Shown here piece after piece: positions 44,921-55,021 of a stretch of DNA of 64,000 bases (position 1 is the stretch's first letter; each line of letters starts with the position of its first letter). The stretch spans positions 29,122 to 93,121 of the IMG/VR virus record IMGVR_UViG_3300032030_000021; one strand, 5' to 3'. This DNA is from a virus. Lineage: Duplodnaviria > Heunggongvirae > Uroviricota > Caudoviricetes. A model generated the notes under the pieces. The model saw nothing but the letters and a program-made list of their open reading frames with translations, was not told where the DNA came from and ran no database searches. The translations under genes were made by a program, and so were the position numbers.

Positions 44921-46015
44921 ATGGCAAAAGACACCAAAGACCAAGCATTCGTCGACGAACTTATGGATTTCAATCCTTCCGACGTATCTGCATTCAACGA
45001 ACCCGAACAGAAATCTTACACCGATCCGGATTTGTACAAGACCAATCCTCTGACGGTAGACCCCAAAATCTCCAAGGATGGTCACTATCATTCCAAAGTA
45101 AGAATTATCTACAATCCCTTTGACAAATCTCAATCTATCGTCAATAGCGCCAAATACGCTATGTTCGACCAAAATGGATTTTTCATGGTAGACTCTAAGC
45201 TCTCTATGGGTGATCGCAACTGCCCCATCTTCAAGTCTTGGAAGGCCTTGCACTTCTCTAAGGATGAGACTAAGTACGACATCGACGGCAAGCAGTACAC
45301 CAAGAAAGAATGGGGTGACCACATGTATGACAAGTCCGAATCCAGATATTGTCTGGTGCAAGTCATGGAAGATGAAAACCAGCCCGAATTTGTAGGCCGT
45401 TTCGTCGGCATGAAGCTTCCAAAGGCCATCTATGACGTGCTGGAGGCTAAGATGCACCCCAAGGATCCCAATAAAGCTCCTCAAGATTTGATGAATTACC
45501 TTTTCGGACCCGTCTTGGAAATGGATGTAACTCCCGGTCCCGATGATCCGGAACATCCCGAAAGAAAGCAAAGAGAAATCAAATACACGCTTTGCGCTTT
45601 CGAGTCCGACCCTACTCCCATCATGGCTATCGATGGAACCCAGCTCTTTAGTGAGGATGAGATGGATGCAATCACCGAATACGCCGAAAACAAGAAGAAA
45701 GCCACCGATCCCAAGGCATCCGCTAAAAAGAAAGAGGAAGCTATTGCTAAATGTAAATCTCTTGTGGATACTCTGAAGGATTGTATGCAACGCGCTATCG
45801 ATTATGTCAAGGAAAACGCTATCGACCTGGTTGAAAAGTACGGTTACCACGAACCGGACGAGGCTCTCCGCGAGCGTATCCGGAACTGGATTGACTCGGT
45901 AGCCAATCTGACGGATCCGGCACAACTGGCCACTCCAGTGATTTCTAGTGAAGATAAAATTATCGACACAGATGACAGCGAAAACGATTCCGATAATAGC
46001 GATTTGCCATTCTAA
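44921..46015 (+). CDS. single-stranded DNA-binding protein (gp32-like) candidate with acidic C-terminal tail ending DLPF
   Basis: The C-terminus ..TDDSENDSDNSDLPF resembles the SSB acidic tip (E. coli ...DDDIPF). DGHYHSKVRIIYNPFD is loosely like gp32 GQAVIRFLPSKND. Confidence 0.45.
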   Translation: MAKDTKDQAFVDELMDFNPSDVSAFNEPEQKSYTDPDLYKTNPLTVDPKISKDGHYHSKVRIIYNPFDKSQSIVNSAKYAMFDQNGFFMVDSKLSMGDRNCPIFKSWKALHFSKDETKYDIDGKQYTKKEWGDHMYDKSESRYCLVQVMEDENQPEFVGRFVGMKLPKAIYDVLEAKMHPKDPNKAPQDLMNYLFGPVLEMDVTPGPDDPEHPERKQREIKYTLCAFESDPTPIMAIDGTQLFSEDEMDAITEYAENKKKATDPKASAKKKEEAIAKCKSLVDTLKDCMQRAIDYVKENAIDLVEKYGYHEPDEALRERIRNWIDSVANLTDPAQLATPVISSEDKIIDTDDSENDSDNSDLPF

Positions 46016-46040
46016 GTCGGCTCACAATGCATGAAAAGAT

Positions 46041-46069
46041 AAAGCTCTCTTCGGAGAGCTTTATTTTTT
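46041..46069 (+). terminator. rho-independent terminator after SSB-like gene
   Basis: AAAGCTCTCttcgGAGAGCTTT plus T-run. Confidence 0.7.
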
Positions 46070-46078
46070 ATACAATCA

Positions 46079-47767
46079 ATGGTAATAATGAAGCTATTTA
46101 ATCTTATATCGGTCAAATACGATCAATTCATAAATACGGTACACGCACACTTAGCCAAAGTACTAGGTGAATATGATACCCCATATACAATATCCAGCAT
46201 ATTCGGTCAGCTTGTCAATGTTTTAGGAAGCGCCATTCAAAATGTATTTACATATATAGAAGACGCTATTATGGAGCAATCGAAAGCAACGGCTACTCGT
46301 AAGAACTCCATATATGGTATTGCCCAGATGTCGGGATACAATCCCAGTTTGGGTACAGCAAGCACGGCAACCATCCGGATAAGCTACATCCCTAATAACG
46401 AATCCGTTTCTAACATACTTCTGCCTAATAAGACAAAGGTAAGATGTTCTTATAATGGAATGACATATAACATCATATTTTCACAAGAAGCTATTGTATT
46501 AGATGTATCCAGAGATAATACATATAAATATCTCAATATAGTAGAAGGGAATTTTGAATCTCAAACATTCCAGCCAGCCGGAGGAGCATTATATACTATA
46601 CCCGTTAAATTCAAGGGAGATTGCGATATAGATTATCTAGAGGTATTTGTTAATGGTGAAAAATGGTCTAGTGTCGCCTGCTTATATGATATGGCTCCGG
46701 AAGGAAATGAATATGTAGTTCGGACATCTATCAAAGATGGATTTGATCTTGTGTTTGGAAACGGCCAATTTGGCAAGCAGCTTAAAGACGGAGATGTCGT
46801 GGAAGTGAGTTACCTTATCCATAATGGAGAATATGGTAATATCCCCATTTCCGACGATGTTGTGTTTGAGTTTATAGATTCCATGAAAGATACTCTTGGA
46901 AATGAAATATCGGCTAACAATATTGTGAACATGACTTTAGAGTCCGACGATAATGTATCATCCGGAACCTTTTCGGAGGCCGCATCCAAGGTTAAAGAAA
47001 TGATAGGATATAATTCTAGGAGTCTGGTATTATCCGACCCTAAAAATTATAAATTATTTCTCTCTAGATTTAGCTTTGTCGGATATAATCGGACATGGTC
47101 GGAAGAAGGAAGCCTGGTTATCAACTCACTGGTCACGCGCAATAATGTTTTAGATAAAGGAAGGGATTATTTCACTCTTCAAGAATCCGACTTTGTATTA
47201 TCAAAAGAACAAAAAAATTCCATTCGAACAGCAATTGAAAAAAGCGGACAGCAATTAGCCGGTGCGGTATATAATATATTTGATCCGGAACTAGTCAAAT
47301 ATGCTATGTTTGTATATATTAAACTTAAAGAAACCACGTATGATACGGATTATATATCCAATAGAATTAAGGACTTAGTTGGTAACTTTTTCCATGATAT
47401 TCATAATGATATATTCATACCAAAATCGGATATTATCCAGATTATCAAAAATAATATTCCGGAAATAGATAGTGTGGATATTTACATATTGTGCGAACAA
47501 AATGAAAGAGCTATAAAGGATGGGCATTATACGGAAAAGACGTATAGATATAATCCATCAAGGGAAACATATGATATTTCTAAAAAGGAAATATATTTAT
47601 ATACCGGAGAGAACCCGATGTTGGGTTTAGATGAACATGGCAATATATTTCTTGATAATGCTGATCAGATTCCTGTATTGATGGGTGGATGGAATTATAG
47701 AGATGATGAAAATCCGGATACCACAATCGCTGTTGTTGAACCGTTGTCAATAATATATACATATTAG
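46079..47767 (+). CDS. hypothetical protein (possibly virion structural/baseplate)
   Basis: 562-aa ORF preceded by a terminator. No confident motif. Confidence 0.4.
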   Translation: MVIMKLFNLISVKYDQFINTVHAHLAKVLGEYDTPYTISSIFGQLVNVLGSAIQNVFTYIEDAIMEQSKATATRKNSIYGIAQMSGYNPSLGTASTATIRISYIPNNESVSNILLPNKTKVRCSYNGMTYNIIFSQEAIVLDVSRDNTYKYLNIVEGNFESQTFQPAGGALYTIPVKFKGDCDIDYLEVFVNGEKWSSVACLYDMAPEGNEYVVRTSIKDGFDLVFGNGQFGKQLKDGDVVEVSYLIHNGEYGNIPISDDVVFEFIDSMKDTLGNEISANNIVNMTLESDDNVSSGTFSEAASKVKEMIGYNSRSLVLSDPKNYKLFLSRFSFVGYNRTWSEEGSLVINSLVTRNNVLDKGRDYFTLQESDFVLSKEQKNSIRTAIEKSGQQLAGAVYNIFDPELVKYAMFVYIKLKETTYDTDYISNRIKDLVGNFFHDIHNDIFIPKSDIIQIIKNNIPEIDSVDIYILCEQNERAIKDGHYTEKTYRYNPSRETYDISKKEIYLYTGENPMLGLDEHGNIFLDNADQIPVLMGGWNYRDDENPDTTIAVVEPLSIIYTY

Positions 47768-47770
47768 CAT

Positions 47771-48169
47771 ATGAAACATATACATGAATCTATAATAGGG
47801 AGAAAAGGAATCGATAAAAACCGAACAGATATGTTAATGCCCGGGGATATTGTGGAATATGACTTTCGAGACACACATTTTTGGAGATTTATTCCGAAAC
47901 GATATATACCCGATGGTGTTTGGAAAGATATCTTAAAAGCAAACCCCCCAAAAAACTCCAATTTATTGGTAGCTCTGGCTTGGAGCAATAATAAATCCTA
48001 TTATTGTACTTGGGTAGATCTTGGAAATATTATCAGACCCGACGAATTGGTTGGTAATAGATTTGGACAGGTATGGAGACAGAAAGATGTATGGGTGTAT
48101 GAAAAACCGGAGGACTTGCGCATAATGTTAAATGATCTGGAAACGGCTAGAATAATCAAAGAAGATTAA
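47771..48169 (+). CDS. tagged-family protein
   Basis: Starts MKHIHESIIGRKGID. Confidence 0.6.
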   Translation: MKHIHESIIGRKGIDKNRTDMLMPGDIVEYDFRDTHFWRFIPKRYIPDGVWKDILKANPPKNSNLLVALAWSNNKSYYCTWVDLGNIIRPDELVGNRFGQVWRQKDVWVYEKPEDLRIMLNDLETARIIKED

Positions 48170-48170
48170 A

Positions 48171-48575
48171 ATGATATCTATCAAAGAATCCATCATAGGA
48201 AAAAAGGGGTATATCAGTGTACCTACATTGCAACAAGGAGATATTATAATTACTCGGCGTGATGATATATACATGGTACTGACGGATCAAGATTGTTTGA
48301 AAAAAATTCTAAATCCGGATAGTTTCAGATATTATGATATGTCAAAAGGGGCATATGTGCGCGGCGGTGGTGGAGGCGCAGGTTTCATGGATCTTAGTTC
48401 CTTTAATGACAAATTAGAAAATACCGATGGTTCTGACGTTTACGACATATTCCAAGTATGGAGGAATCCCCGGAAACAGAATAATATCACTTCCAATGAT
48501 GATATTAATCAAATTATTCAAACAGAAAATTTAAAACTCTTAAAAAAATCTTATAAATTAATCTGGGAGAGATGA
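48171..48575 (+). CDS. tagged-family protein
   Basis: Starts MISIKESIIGKKGYI. Confidence 0.55.
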   Translation: MISIKESIIGKKGYISVPTLQQGDIIITRRDDIYMVLTDQDCLKKILNPDSFRYYDMSKGAYVRGGGGGAGFMDLSSFNDKLENTDGSDVYDIFQVWRNPRKQNNITSNDDINQIIQTENLKLLKKSYKLIWER

Positions 48576-48919
48576 GACATATCAGCGAATCTATAATAGG
48601 GAGAAAAAATGCGCCTGTTGCCGAATATTGGATAGAATTCGGTGGATTGGATCCCAAGTTACTTAAGCAATATGCGAAAGGCGATATATCTTTCACGGAT
48701 CTGACTATGGGATTAGTAGCGGAAGAGATCACATACACCGATCCAAAAGACAATTTCACGGAAACCGATATGCTTCAATTCGCTAAACAATTTATAAACA
48801 AGAAGTATAAATTCCCGAAAATGGTATATGCTCGCGTTATGGATAAACATAAAGAAGTAATAGATACTATCTATGGCCGGGATTTTCAATACGATTTAGA
48901 TAAATATTGCAAGAAATAA
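48572..48919 (+). CDS. tagged-family protein
   Basis: Starts MRHISESIIGRKNAP. Confidence 0.6.
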   Translation: MRHISESIIGRKNAPVAEYWIEFGGLDPKLLKQYAKGDISFTDLTMGLVAEEITYTDPKDNFTETDMLQFAKQFINKKYKFPKMVYARVMDKHKEVIDTIYGRDFQYDLDKYCKK

Positions 48920-49332
48920 TGAAACACATACAGGAATCTATAATAGGAAGAAAATCGGCTTCGATAAGCAAATCGTCTATATCGGATGGGGATATTTTAG
49001 AAACCCGAGCCGGAGTGGCATTTGTATATATATCCGAAGATACTTGGGATAAAAATCTGAGCGGTCATTTTCCTGGTGGAGCTCTCGTTAATCCGGATGA
49101 TCCCAATTTTGATTTTGACTCGGTTACCAATAAATTTGATTATTGGCATGATGACCTGACGGGATCCGAAAGACATTTTGATATTGTCAAGATATACAAA
49201 GTTGATAATGATCAAAAACAGGCATATTATACGGCACTCAAAATAAAAGTCCTCCGGATTAAACGGTCTATATTAAAATCATATATCGAGAATATTATAA
49301 GTCATGCAACCCCAGTATCTATAAATAAATAG
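48919..49332 (+). CDS. tagged-family protein
   Basis: ATG at 48919 gives MKHIQESIIGRKSAS. The track ORF starts 4 codons earlier. Confidence 0.6.
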   Translation: MKHIQESIIGRKSASISKSSISDGDILETRAGVAFVYISEDTWDKNLSGHFPGGALVNPDDPNFDFDSVTNKFDYWHDDLTGSERHFDIVKIYKVDNDQKQAYYTALKIKVLRIKRSILKSYIENIISHATPVSINK

Positions 49333-49368
49333 AGAGAATTATATACTCGAATATTAAAAGTTGTTCAC

Positions 49369-50154
49369 ATGGAGAACATGGTGCTTTTTGATTTCAGTAA
49401 AAATGAAATCATAGATGTAGGCGGAATGACCGGCCAATATTCAGGATGCTATTTCGATAGGGAAAATAATGCTTATATGTGCAAATCTCAAGGGTGTCAG
49501 AATCCCGAATGGTATATCCAGCAGAAGATAGCAATCAATCAAGAAAAATATTTTGATTTCTCAAAAAATATGATTGATGTCGGGGCTTACATCGGCATTT
49601 ATAGATGGAATCTACCTTTTCAAAAGGCCTGGCTGTTTGAACCGAATAGAGAATCCTATATGTATTGCTGTGCCAATGCTGTACTACACAATCGAGTAGA
49701 AGATACCTTTATATATAATGAAATTCTTTCTCGAACCCATGAAGTTATAAGGTTTAACGGATATGAGAGCGTAACGGAAAATATGGTCGGTGCTAAACAT
49801 ATGAAAGGACAATTGTTTTATTTGAATGATGATACAATAATGATATCTAAGACACTGGACGATTTCTTGCCGGATTTCGATAATATCGGATTTATCAAAA
49901 TAGATTGTGAGGGTATGGATTGGAAAGTTATAGACGGCGGAAGAAAAACTATAAAATATTTTAACTATCCGCCAATATTGTTTGAGAATTGGCCGCCTCA
50001 AGACCATCCAAGATACCCGGTTTGGCTTAATGAATCCGGAGATGCCGCACAAGAGAGAAATAAAAATGTCCGGAGGGTATTAGAAGAACTGGGATATGAT
50101 ATATTGTGGGAATGGGGAGATTTCGAAACACATCTCGCAATACATAGGCCGTAA
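49369..50154 (+). CDS. FkbM-family SAM-dependent methyltransferase (second paralog)
   Basis: MIDVGAYIGIY...FEPNRESY...TLDDFLPDFDNIGFIKIDCEGMDW. Confidence 0.6.
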   Translation: MENMVLFDFSKNEIIDVGGMTGQYSGCYFDRENNAYMCKSQGCQNPEWYIQQKIAINQEKYFDFSKNMIDVGAYIGIYRWNLPFQKAWLFEPNRESYMYCCANAVLHNRVEDTFIYNEILSRTHEVIRFNGYESVTENMVGAKHMKGQLFYLNDDTIMISKTLDDFLPDFDNIGFIKIDCEGMDWKVIDGGRKTIKYFNYPPILFENWPPQDHPRYPVWLNESGDAAQERNKNVRRVLEELGYDILWEWGDFETHLAIHRP

Positions 50155-50167
50155 GGCCTTTTTTTAT
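50146..50167 (+). terminator. rho-independent terminator overlapping the stop codon of the FkbM gene
   Basis: AGGCCgtaaGGCCT plus T7. Confidence 0.6.
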
Positions 50168-50234
50168 GCTTAATTATTTCATATCTGGATTAATATAAAT
50201 CCATAAAAATATATTAGCATGAGATGTTTTTATA

Positions 50235-50329
50235 AAAATCGCATAAATCTTGTTAATTCAAGCGATCTTGCTTTGAGTGATATAAATGGTCATACGAGAT
50301 ACGATCGCTTGTTAAATCGCAAAAAACCG
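50235..50329. repeat. conserved intergenic element copy 3 (TTCAAGCGATC..35 nt..GATCGCTTGTTAAATCGCAAAAAA)
   Basis: Perfect 9-bp inverted repeat CAAGCGATC/GATCGCTTG. Upstream of the DNA polymerase gene. Confidence 0.6.
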
Positions 50330-50417
50330 TGCTTAAATAAGAAATTATAATCATGGTTTGATTTTTCAAAAATCATCTATGCTCTTCTATATAAATATTG
50401 GATAAAATTAATAATAT

Positions 50418-53369
50418 ATGATATTAGATTACGGGTACGATAAGAACATCAAACAAATGTCCATCTCCTATATTGATGAAGATGGCAACAAGAAGATATT
50501 GCATTATGACAACCTCCAGAGATTCCGGACCTATTATTATACTCCTTCCGGAAGATATAATACCTGGGATGAAGCTAAATGCGATGTCAAGATGACTTCC
50601 GATCCAAGCAAGTTTGATCTTAAAGAATTCATATATAATCTGGATGAAGAAACCCAGAAGAAGATCAACGGAAAGACTTTTCCTAAGTTATATTCCTGGG
50701 ATATTGAGACTCAGATCAAGTCCAAGACCGAATTTACGGATCCTACGATAGCGGACATGCCGATTCTGACTATATCTGTCGTGGCTCCGAATCTGAGTGC
50801 TATCGTTCTAGGTACCCGGACCTTGGAAGATCCGGCGGTGGAGAATATCCGGAGGCAATATTTCGATTATCTGGAGAGCATTCCGTTCTACCGGGAGAAC
50901 CGCGACCTGTTCCAGCCGAAATTCCAATATATATACTTCGAGACGGAGGAGGCCATGCTCAAGTGGTTCTTGAAGAACATCGTAGCCAAGGTTCCAATCC
51001 TGGCCGGATGGAACTCTATCGGGTACGACTGGTGTTATGTCACTTCCCGGATCCGGAATTTCTACCCCAATATCTCCATCAAAGATTCTTCCTGGACCAA
51101 GACGCTCACCTTCAAGAACTATACTAACCAGCGCAAGGAAGACATCCGCCTTCCTCACCCCATGCATACACTGGTGCTGGATATGATGGATATTATCGAT
51201 ACTGAGGATGCCGTAGTAATGCCCATCAAAGAATCTCTGAATCTGGATTATATTGCTCATGAATCATTAGGTGCAAACAAGATCGAATATTCCGGAAGTC
51301 TGCAAGACCTATACAATACGGATTATCCGCGATATGTGTTCTATAACTGTATCGATAGCGTACTGGTGCAGCTTATTGACAAGCGATTCAAGACCATGGA
51401 CCATATCTATATGTACTCTATCTATTGCACGGAGAAAATTGGAAGCTGTTTTTCGAAGATCGCCTTAACGGAAGCATTGATTTTAAGAAACTTCCGCGAG
51501 CGAAATATCAAGATCGTATATGAAAAGAAAGAGCAGCCGGAAAGAGGCAGACTGGTCGGAGCATATGTCAAGATGCCGGTAGCCGGACTGTGGGAGCTGG
51601 TATGTTGTAATGACTTTTCCGGACTGTATCCCACTACGGGTATTGTCACTAATGTAAGTTTTGATAACTTCGTCGGCACCTTTTATAATGAAGCGGCTCT
51701 GGATAAATATAGAGGCGATCCTAAATATATTGTGGTTTGTGCTAGTGTATATAAAAACAAAGGCACCATAGACAAGCCGGAGTTGGGAGAGTTTGTAGCC
51801 CAGTATCTGGATGAGGAAGCATTGGAACCCTACCGCAAGGATAAAAACTATTTCGTATCTATCAACGGGCATGTCTATAAAAATGACAAGGACTATACTT
51901 TGAAAACCGTATGGAATAATCTGAGAATGGAAAGAGCATTCAGCAAGTATCTTTCTAAGAAAATGGATGCTCAGATCATTTCCGATATAGATCACATTCT
52001 CCGGTGTTATAAGGACCACCCCCAATTAGGATTGTCCGAGCTTAATCATGATATTCTCCATAAATACGAGAAAGATGAAATTGATGTCCTGAAGAGTGTG
52101 GGATATAGTATTACTTCCGGTGAGAATCTGGTTAAAATGTCCGAAAAAGACCTCAAAGAACTCAAACGGAAGGTCAAGACGGAGATTACCTATCATTCCA
52201 ACCTGGAACAAGCTATCAAGCTTATGATGAACTCTATCTACGGGGGAACCTCGCACCAGGCATTCTATTGGTTCAATATTGCTTTGGCTAACGACATCAC
52301 CGGAGAAGGTCGCAACCTTACTCACCACATGGAGCGCCACCTCAATGAGTTCTGGAGAGATGCTTGGCAGACTAATCCGGACTTGAAAAAGATCCAAGAC
52401 GAACTCGACCTGAAGCTGAAACCGGAAAGTGCAATTAAAGCAATACTTGAGGCGTCACATGATAACTCCTTGGTTACCACGGTATACGGAGACACCGATA
52501 GTTTGTATCTTTCCTATAAGGATCTTATTGATACCATTGAAGGATCCGAGAAATTCACATTAGATGAGAAACTTAAGATCATTCTCAAGATCAATACGGA
52601 ATTCTTGGATAAACATAATGAAGATCACCTGAGAGAATACTTCTTATCTAGAAATGCCCGTCCGGATACCGCCGGATTGGAGGCATTCGAATTGGAGACC
52701 GTCAACAAGCGTGGCGTATGGCTTCGGGATACCAAGAAGAGATATGCTCAGATCCTGCTCTGGAAGGAAGGAAAATTCTATGATCTGGACGATCTACCTA
52801 TGAAAGTCAAGGGTTTGGAGGTGATCAAGTCTTCTTATCCGACCCTATCCCGGAATCTGCTGAAAAATATGTTCCGGTTCATGCTAGAATACGACGGCAA
52901 ATATCTTTCTCAGGAGCTGAACTTGCTTAACATAAAACAGAGGGAAGAATGGAACAGTGCCCCGATTGAGGATATCTGTGCTAATGTCCGATGCAATAAA
53001 TATACCGATTATGTAGCGGATGATACCAAGGAGCTCATACTCAAGCCCAAGTGTCCGCCTAATGTCCAGGCATTGGCGAGATACAACTGGCTCAACAATA
53101 CCCATAAGTTCGGGTCGGAACCACTGTATGGCGGAAAGATCAAGCAATATATTGTCAAGCAGATGATTCGAAAGACCAAGTCTACTCAAGTGGATCAGTT
53201 CTTTGGCTACGAGAGTAACAAATACCCGAAGTGGGCAGATCAATATGCTCCGATAGACCGGACCCGGATGTATCAAAACTATGTGTTGGATCCTATTAAT
53301 AGAATCTTGGAGGCTGTTGGTATGCCTAAGCTCATGATTGACGGATCTATACAGATGGGATTGTTTTAA
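50418..53369 (+). CDS. family-B DNA polymerase with 3'-5' exonuclease domain
   Basis: Exo I YSWDIETQ. Motif A DFSGLYPT. KLMMNSIYGG. Motif C YGDTDSLYL. Confidence 0.9.
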   Translation: MILDYGYDKNIKQMSISYIDEDGNKKILHYDNLQRFRTYYYTPSGRYNTWDEAKCDVKMTSDPSKFDLKEFIYNLDEETQKKINGKTFPKLYSWDIETQIKSKTEFTDPTIADMPILTISVVAPNLSAIVLGTRTLEDPAVENIRRQYFDYLESIPFYRENRDLFQPKFQYIYFETEEAMLKWFLKNIVAKVPILAGWNSIGYDWCYVTSRIRNFYPNISIKDSSWTKTLTFKNYTNQRKEDIRLPHPMHTLVLDMMDIIDTEDAVVMPIKESLNLDYIAHESLGANKIEYSGSLQDLYNTDYPRYVFYNCIDSVLVQLIDKRFKTMDHIYMYSIYCTEKIGSCFSKIALTEALILRNFRERNIKIVYEKKEQPERGRLVGAYVKMPVAGLWELVCCNDFSGLYPTTGIVTNVSFDNFVGTFYNEAALDKYRGDPKYIVVCASVYKNKGTIDKPELGEFVAQYLDEEALEPYRKDKNYFVSINGHVYKNDKDYTLKTVWNNLRMERAFSKYLSKKMDAQIISDIDHILRCYKDHPQLGLSELNHDILHKYEKDEIDVLKSVGYSITSGENLVKMSEKDLKELKRKVKTEITYHSNLEQAIKLMMNSIYGGTSHQAFYWFNIALANDITGEGRNLTHHMERHLNEFWRDAWQTNPDLKKIQDELDLKLKPESAIKAILEASHDNSLVTTVYGDTDSLYLSYKDLIDTIEGSEKFTLDEKLKIILKINTEFLDKHNEDHLREYFLSRNARPDTAGLEAFELETVNKRGVWLRDTKKRYAQILLWKEGKFYDLDDLPMKVKGLEVIKSSYPTLSRNLLKNMFRFMLEYDGKYLSQELNLLNIKQREEWNSAPIEDICANVRCNKYTDYVADDTKELILKPKCPPNVQALARYNWLNNTHKFGSEPLYGGKIKQYIVKQMIRKTKSTQVDQFFGYESNKYPKWADQYAPIDRTRMYQNYVLDPINRILEAVGMPKLMIDGSIQMGLF

Positions 53370-54466
53370 TTGACCTGCTCTAATCCGCTACTACCGTTGG
53401 TTTTATACAATAAACCGGTATGTACTAATAAACATTTATATTCGTATCCTTCCGTATCTATATTAACCCCATCATTTTTATTGCCTATATAAATTAAAGC
53501 ATCATTTCTATTTTTAAATGCTCTAGATGGAACAGTATTATATAAGAACCTATTACGGTATGGCCTGTTTCCACCTTTAGACTTGTAAGTTATATAATAT
53601 GCCAGATATATCGCATAACTTCCATCTGCGGATATTTCCGCTTCTTCTCCTCCGGGAAGAGGAAGTTCTAATATTGATGAAGAATCTTCAGCAATTCCAG
53701 CAACATTTGCGGCGCCACCCCTTGTATCGGAAACCCCCATCCACACAACATTGCTTTCACGAGCATTTAATATTTGTCTACGGCCACCCACATATATTTT
53801 AGTAATAGGTTCTCCGGTTGCAATAGAATCATTGACTACATCGAATACCATATTTAATGGGACTTGTATGGGACCATACCATTCGAGAGTTGGTGTATCC
53901 GCTTGAGCACCTATATACTCTTCAGCCGCCGACTCGTTGGTAAATATAACAGGTATACCCCATCCGGTATAATGATGATTATCGTCAAATAATTCATAAT
54001 ACAATATGTATATATAGTCTTGATCCGTAGGTATGCTTATATTGTATGTATTCATACCGGATGAAGAAGGCCACGGATTGTTTATACCGGAATCCGTTGC
54101 TAATAGCTGATGTTGCGAATTATTTCCCGGAGTATCTCTTCTATATATAGTTATAGTACGCTCCTCATACACAATCGGGTTTCCGCCCGGGTCGTCGGGA
54201 TTTCCGTGAGTACCTTGATCGTCATCTTGAATTAAAGCCTCCGATATATCCACAATATCTCCGTCTATCATTCCGGTTAATATTTCTATTATATCTTCTA
54301 ATCGGCTTAATACGGTTACTCTATGGTTCTCATAATATATATCAGTACAATCTTTCATATGCCCGTCATAGAGCCTGGAGACCGGCTCCATAGTTTTGAC
54401 TATGTCCATATTAATAGTAATCCTTCCAAGGTCTACCAATTTATTAAATGTTATAAATTTTGCCAT
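53366..54466 (-). CDS. hypothetical protein (possible baseplate component)
   Basis: 366-aa ORF downstream (in transcription order) of the gp25-like gene. A TTATATAAT box lies upstream on the minus strand. Confidence 0.4.
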   Translation of the reverse strand: MAKFITFNKLVDLGRITINMDIVKTMEPVSRLYDGHMKDCTDIYYENHRVTVLSRLEDIIEILTGMIDGDIVDISEALIQDDDQGTHGNPDDPGGNPIVYEERTITIYRRDTPGNNSQHQLLATDSGINNPWPSSSGMNTYNISIPTDQDYIYILYYELFDDNHHYTGWGIPVIFTNESAAEEYIGAQADTPTLEWYGPIQVPLNMVFDVVNDSIATGEPITKIYVGGRRQILNARESNVVWMGVSDTRGGAANVAGIAEDSSSILELPLPGGEEAEISADGSYAIYLAYYITYKSKGGNRPYRNRFLYNTVPSRAFKNRNDALIYIGNKNDGVNIDTEGYEYKCLLVHTGLLYKTNGSSGLEQVN

Positions 54467-54655
54467 ATTTTGATTATATTATATAAATAATCAAAACGAA
54501 AATATGGAAAATATGTCCCAAGATTTGCTTGAATTGGAAGAAAATGAAAAGCCTGTTACCGATTTAGACATTGAATCCGAAAAAGATTCGCAGTCGTCTC
54601 CGGTGGATTGGAGTACAACCTGCACATTAGGATGTGATGTGAACTGGATTCATGT

Positions 54656-55018
54656 TTAATAAACGGGAGAGACCGAACCTTCCGCCATCTTGTAATTTTT
54701 GATATATACATCATCACCATTGGATAGTATCATATGGATGACCATGATATCATTATAGTCTCCCATAATAAAAGATACTTTCACGGTTAAATTCCAACCG
54801 GCGAGATCTACTTTACCCCGAATAGAATTTTCTATATATTTTGAGGCGAACTCATTACCTATGTTTACATCAAATAGGAATCTATCAAAATTATTGCCAA
54901 AGTCCTCGCCCAATACTTCATCATCATGAGTATCTAAGAATATTTCTATCTGCTGGAGAATATTATCTATATCCGATGTCAATTGGATAGCACTATTGTT
55001 ATTGCAAAAATCAACCAT
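54656..55018 (-). CDS. baseplate wedge protein, gp25 / GPW family
   Basis: 120 aa. SDIDNILQQIEIFLDTHDDEVLGEDFGNNF...YIENSIRGKVDLAGWNL resembles T4 gp25 SDIDPEM...RPFDPEFGCDL...NIESAVRNYEPRI. Confidence 0.55.
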   Translation of the reverse strand: MVDFCNNNSAIQLTSDIDNILQQIEIFLDTHDDEVLGEDFGNNFDRFLFDVNIGNEFASKYIENSIRGKVDLAGWNLTVKVSFIMGDYNDIMVIHMILSNGDDVYIKNYKMAEGSVSPVY

Positions 55019-55021
55019 ATC

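Noticed and set aside
44912-45925. 337-aa minus-strand ORF overlapping the SSB-like gene
   Set aside because: It is antisense to a plus-strand ORF that has a recognisable acidic SSB tip and sensible start context. It is likely a shadow ORF.
54495-54659. 54-codon plus-strand ORF (MENMSQDLLELEEN...) between minus-strand baseplate genes
   Set aside because: It is short, lies in the 5' leader region of the minus-strand gene 53366..54466, and overlaps the stop of 54656..55018. Support is insufficient, though a small acidic peptide cannot be excluded.
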